In this document: positions 63,557 to 64,000 of the stretch, in pieces | Layout: the number at the start of each line of letters is the position of its first letter | How positions within the stretch are numbered: position 1 is the stretch's first letter | Origin: Octopus vulgaris | Lineage: Eukaryota | Assembly: GCA_951406725.2 (NCBI GenBank) | Contig: OX597833.1 | Location: 4,030,001 to 4,094,000, forward strand | Length of the DNA: 64,000 nt | Reading direction: 5' to 3' | The notes under the pieces: model-generated | What the model was told of the DNA's origin: nothing | Databases searched by the model: none | Seen by the model: only the letters and a program-made list of their open reading frames with translations | Translations under genes and position numbers: made by a program

Positions 63557-64000
63557 CATTCCTGTAAATGATAAATTATTAATTTTTTTATTAGAAAAGT
63601 TTATAATAATATAATTTCTTGCATTTACATAAATGCAGAAATTAATATATTCAAGTTATGATTGATTTTACTGACATCCAATATACAATCGTTCCAAACA
63701 GCAGCTTAATAATGTCAGAGTAGCTTTGTTAAATTCCTCAAAATTCTCAAAATTAACTGAAGCAAAGACAGAATATTCCAACAGAAATATGGTTTACAAA
63801 AATCTTGAAGTGATTTAATCTGAAGCTTTTCATTAAAATTCCATGATAATTTATGTTCTAATTAGCAACTTAATAATGACAAAGCTTTCTTAGTAAATTC
63901 CTTATTATTTTCGAAATTAATTGAAATAAAGTCAGAGTATTCCAACAGAAATATGATAACAAAAGACTTTGACTCTGCTTTTCTCAGAAATAAAAAGAGT

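Noticed and set aside
63505-63570. tttacag acceptor resembling those of the module exons
   Set aside because: It is followed only by (AAT)n and a Dong fragment, with no Cys module or donor.

Overview
AT-rich, microsatellite- and SINE-dense eukaryotic DNA; the repeat landscape looks cephalopod, probably Octopus (inferred, not verified). The left part holds a YIPF5/Yip1 gene on the minus strand with an uninterrupted CDS, a decayed Tc1 transposon, MITEs, RTE LINE ends and a decayed LINE ORF1 containing a 27-bp minisatellite. The right 37 kb (about 26.9-63.0 kb, minus strand) holds one large modular gene that the ORF track mostly misses. I read 17 exons by hand; all are GT-AG, phase 1-1, a multiple of 3 long and stop-free, totalling about 1,240 codons. 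They encode 16 MEGF/SCARF-like Cys-rich EGF-type modules (10 Lys/Arg-rich, 6 Tyr/His-rich) and two long Gly/His/Arg/Tyr low-complexity blocks. A possible Pro-Lys-Thr exon and a short candidate stop exon add to this. No transmembrane segment is visible and the 5' end lies beyond the right edge. This is the best candidate for an undescribed system: a secreted structural, adhesive or antimicrobial polyprotein built by recent exon tandem duplication. Also present are minimal hammerhead-ribozyme motifs in Penelope-like palindromes, tandem Helitrons, and (TAA)n-targeted R4/Dong fragments. Coordinates were counted by hand; repeat boundaries are approximate.
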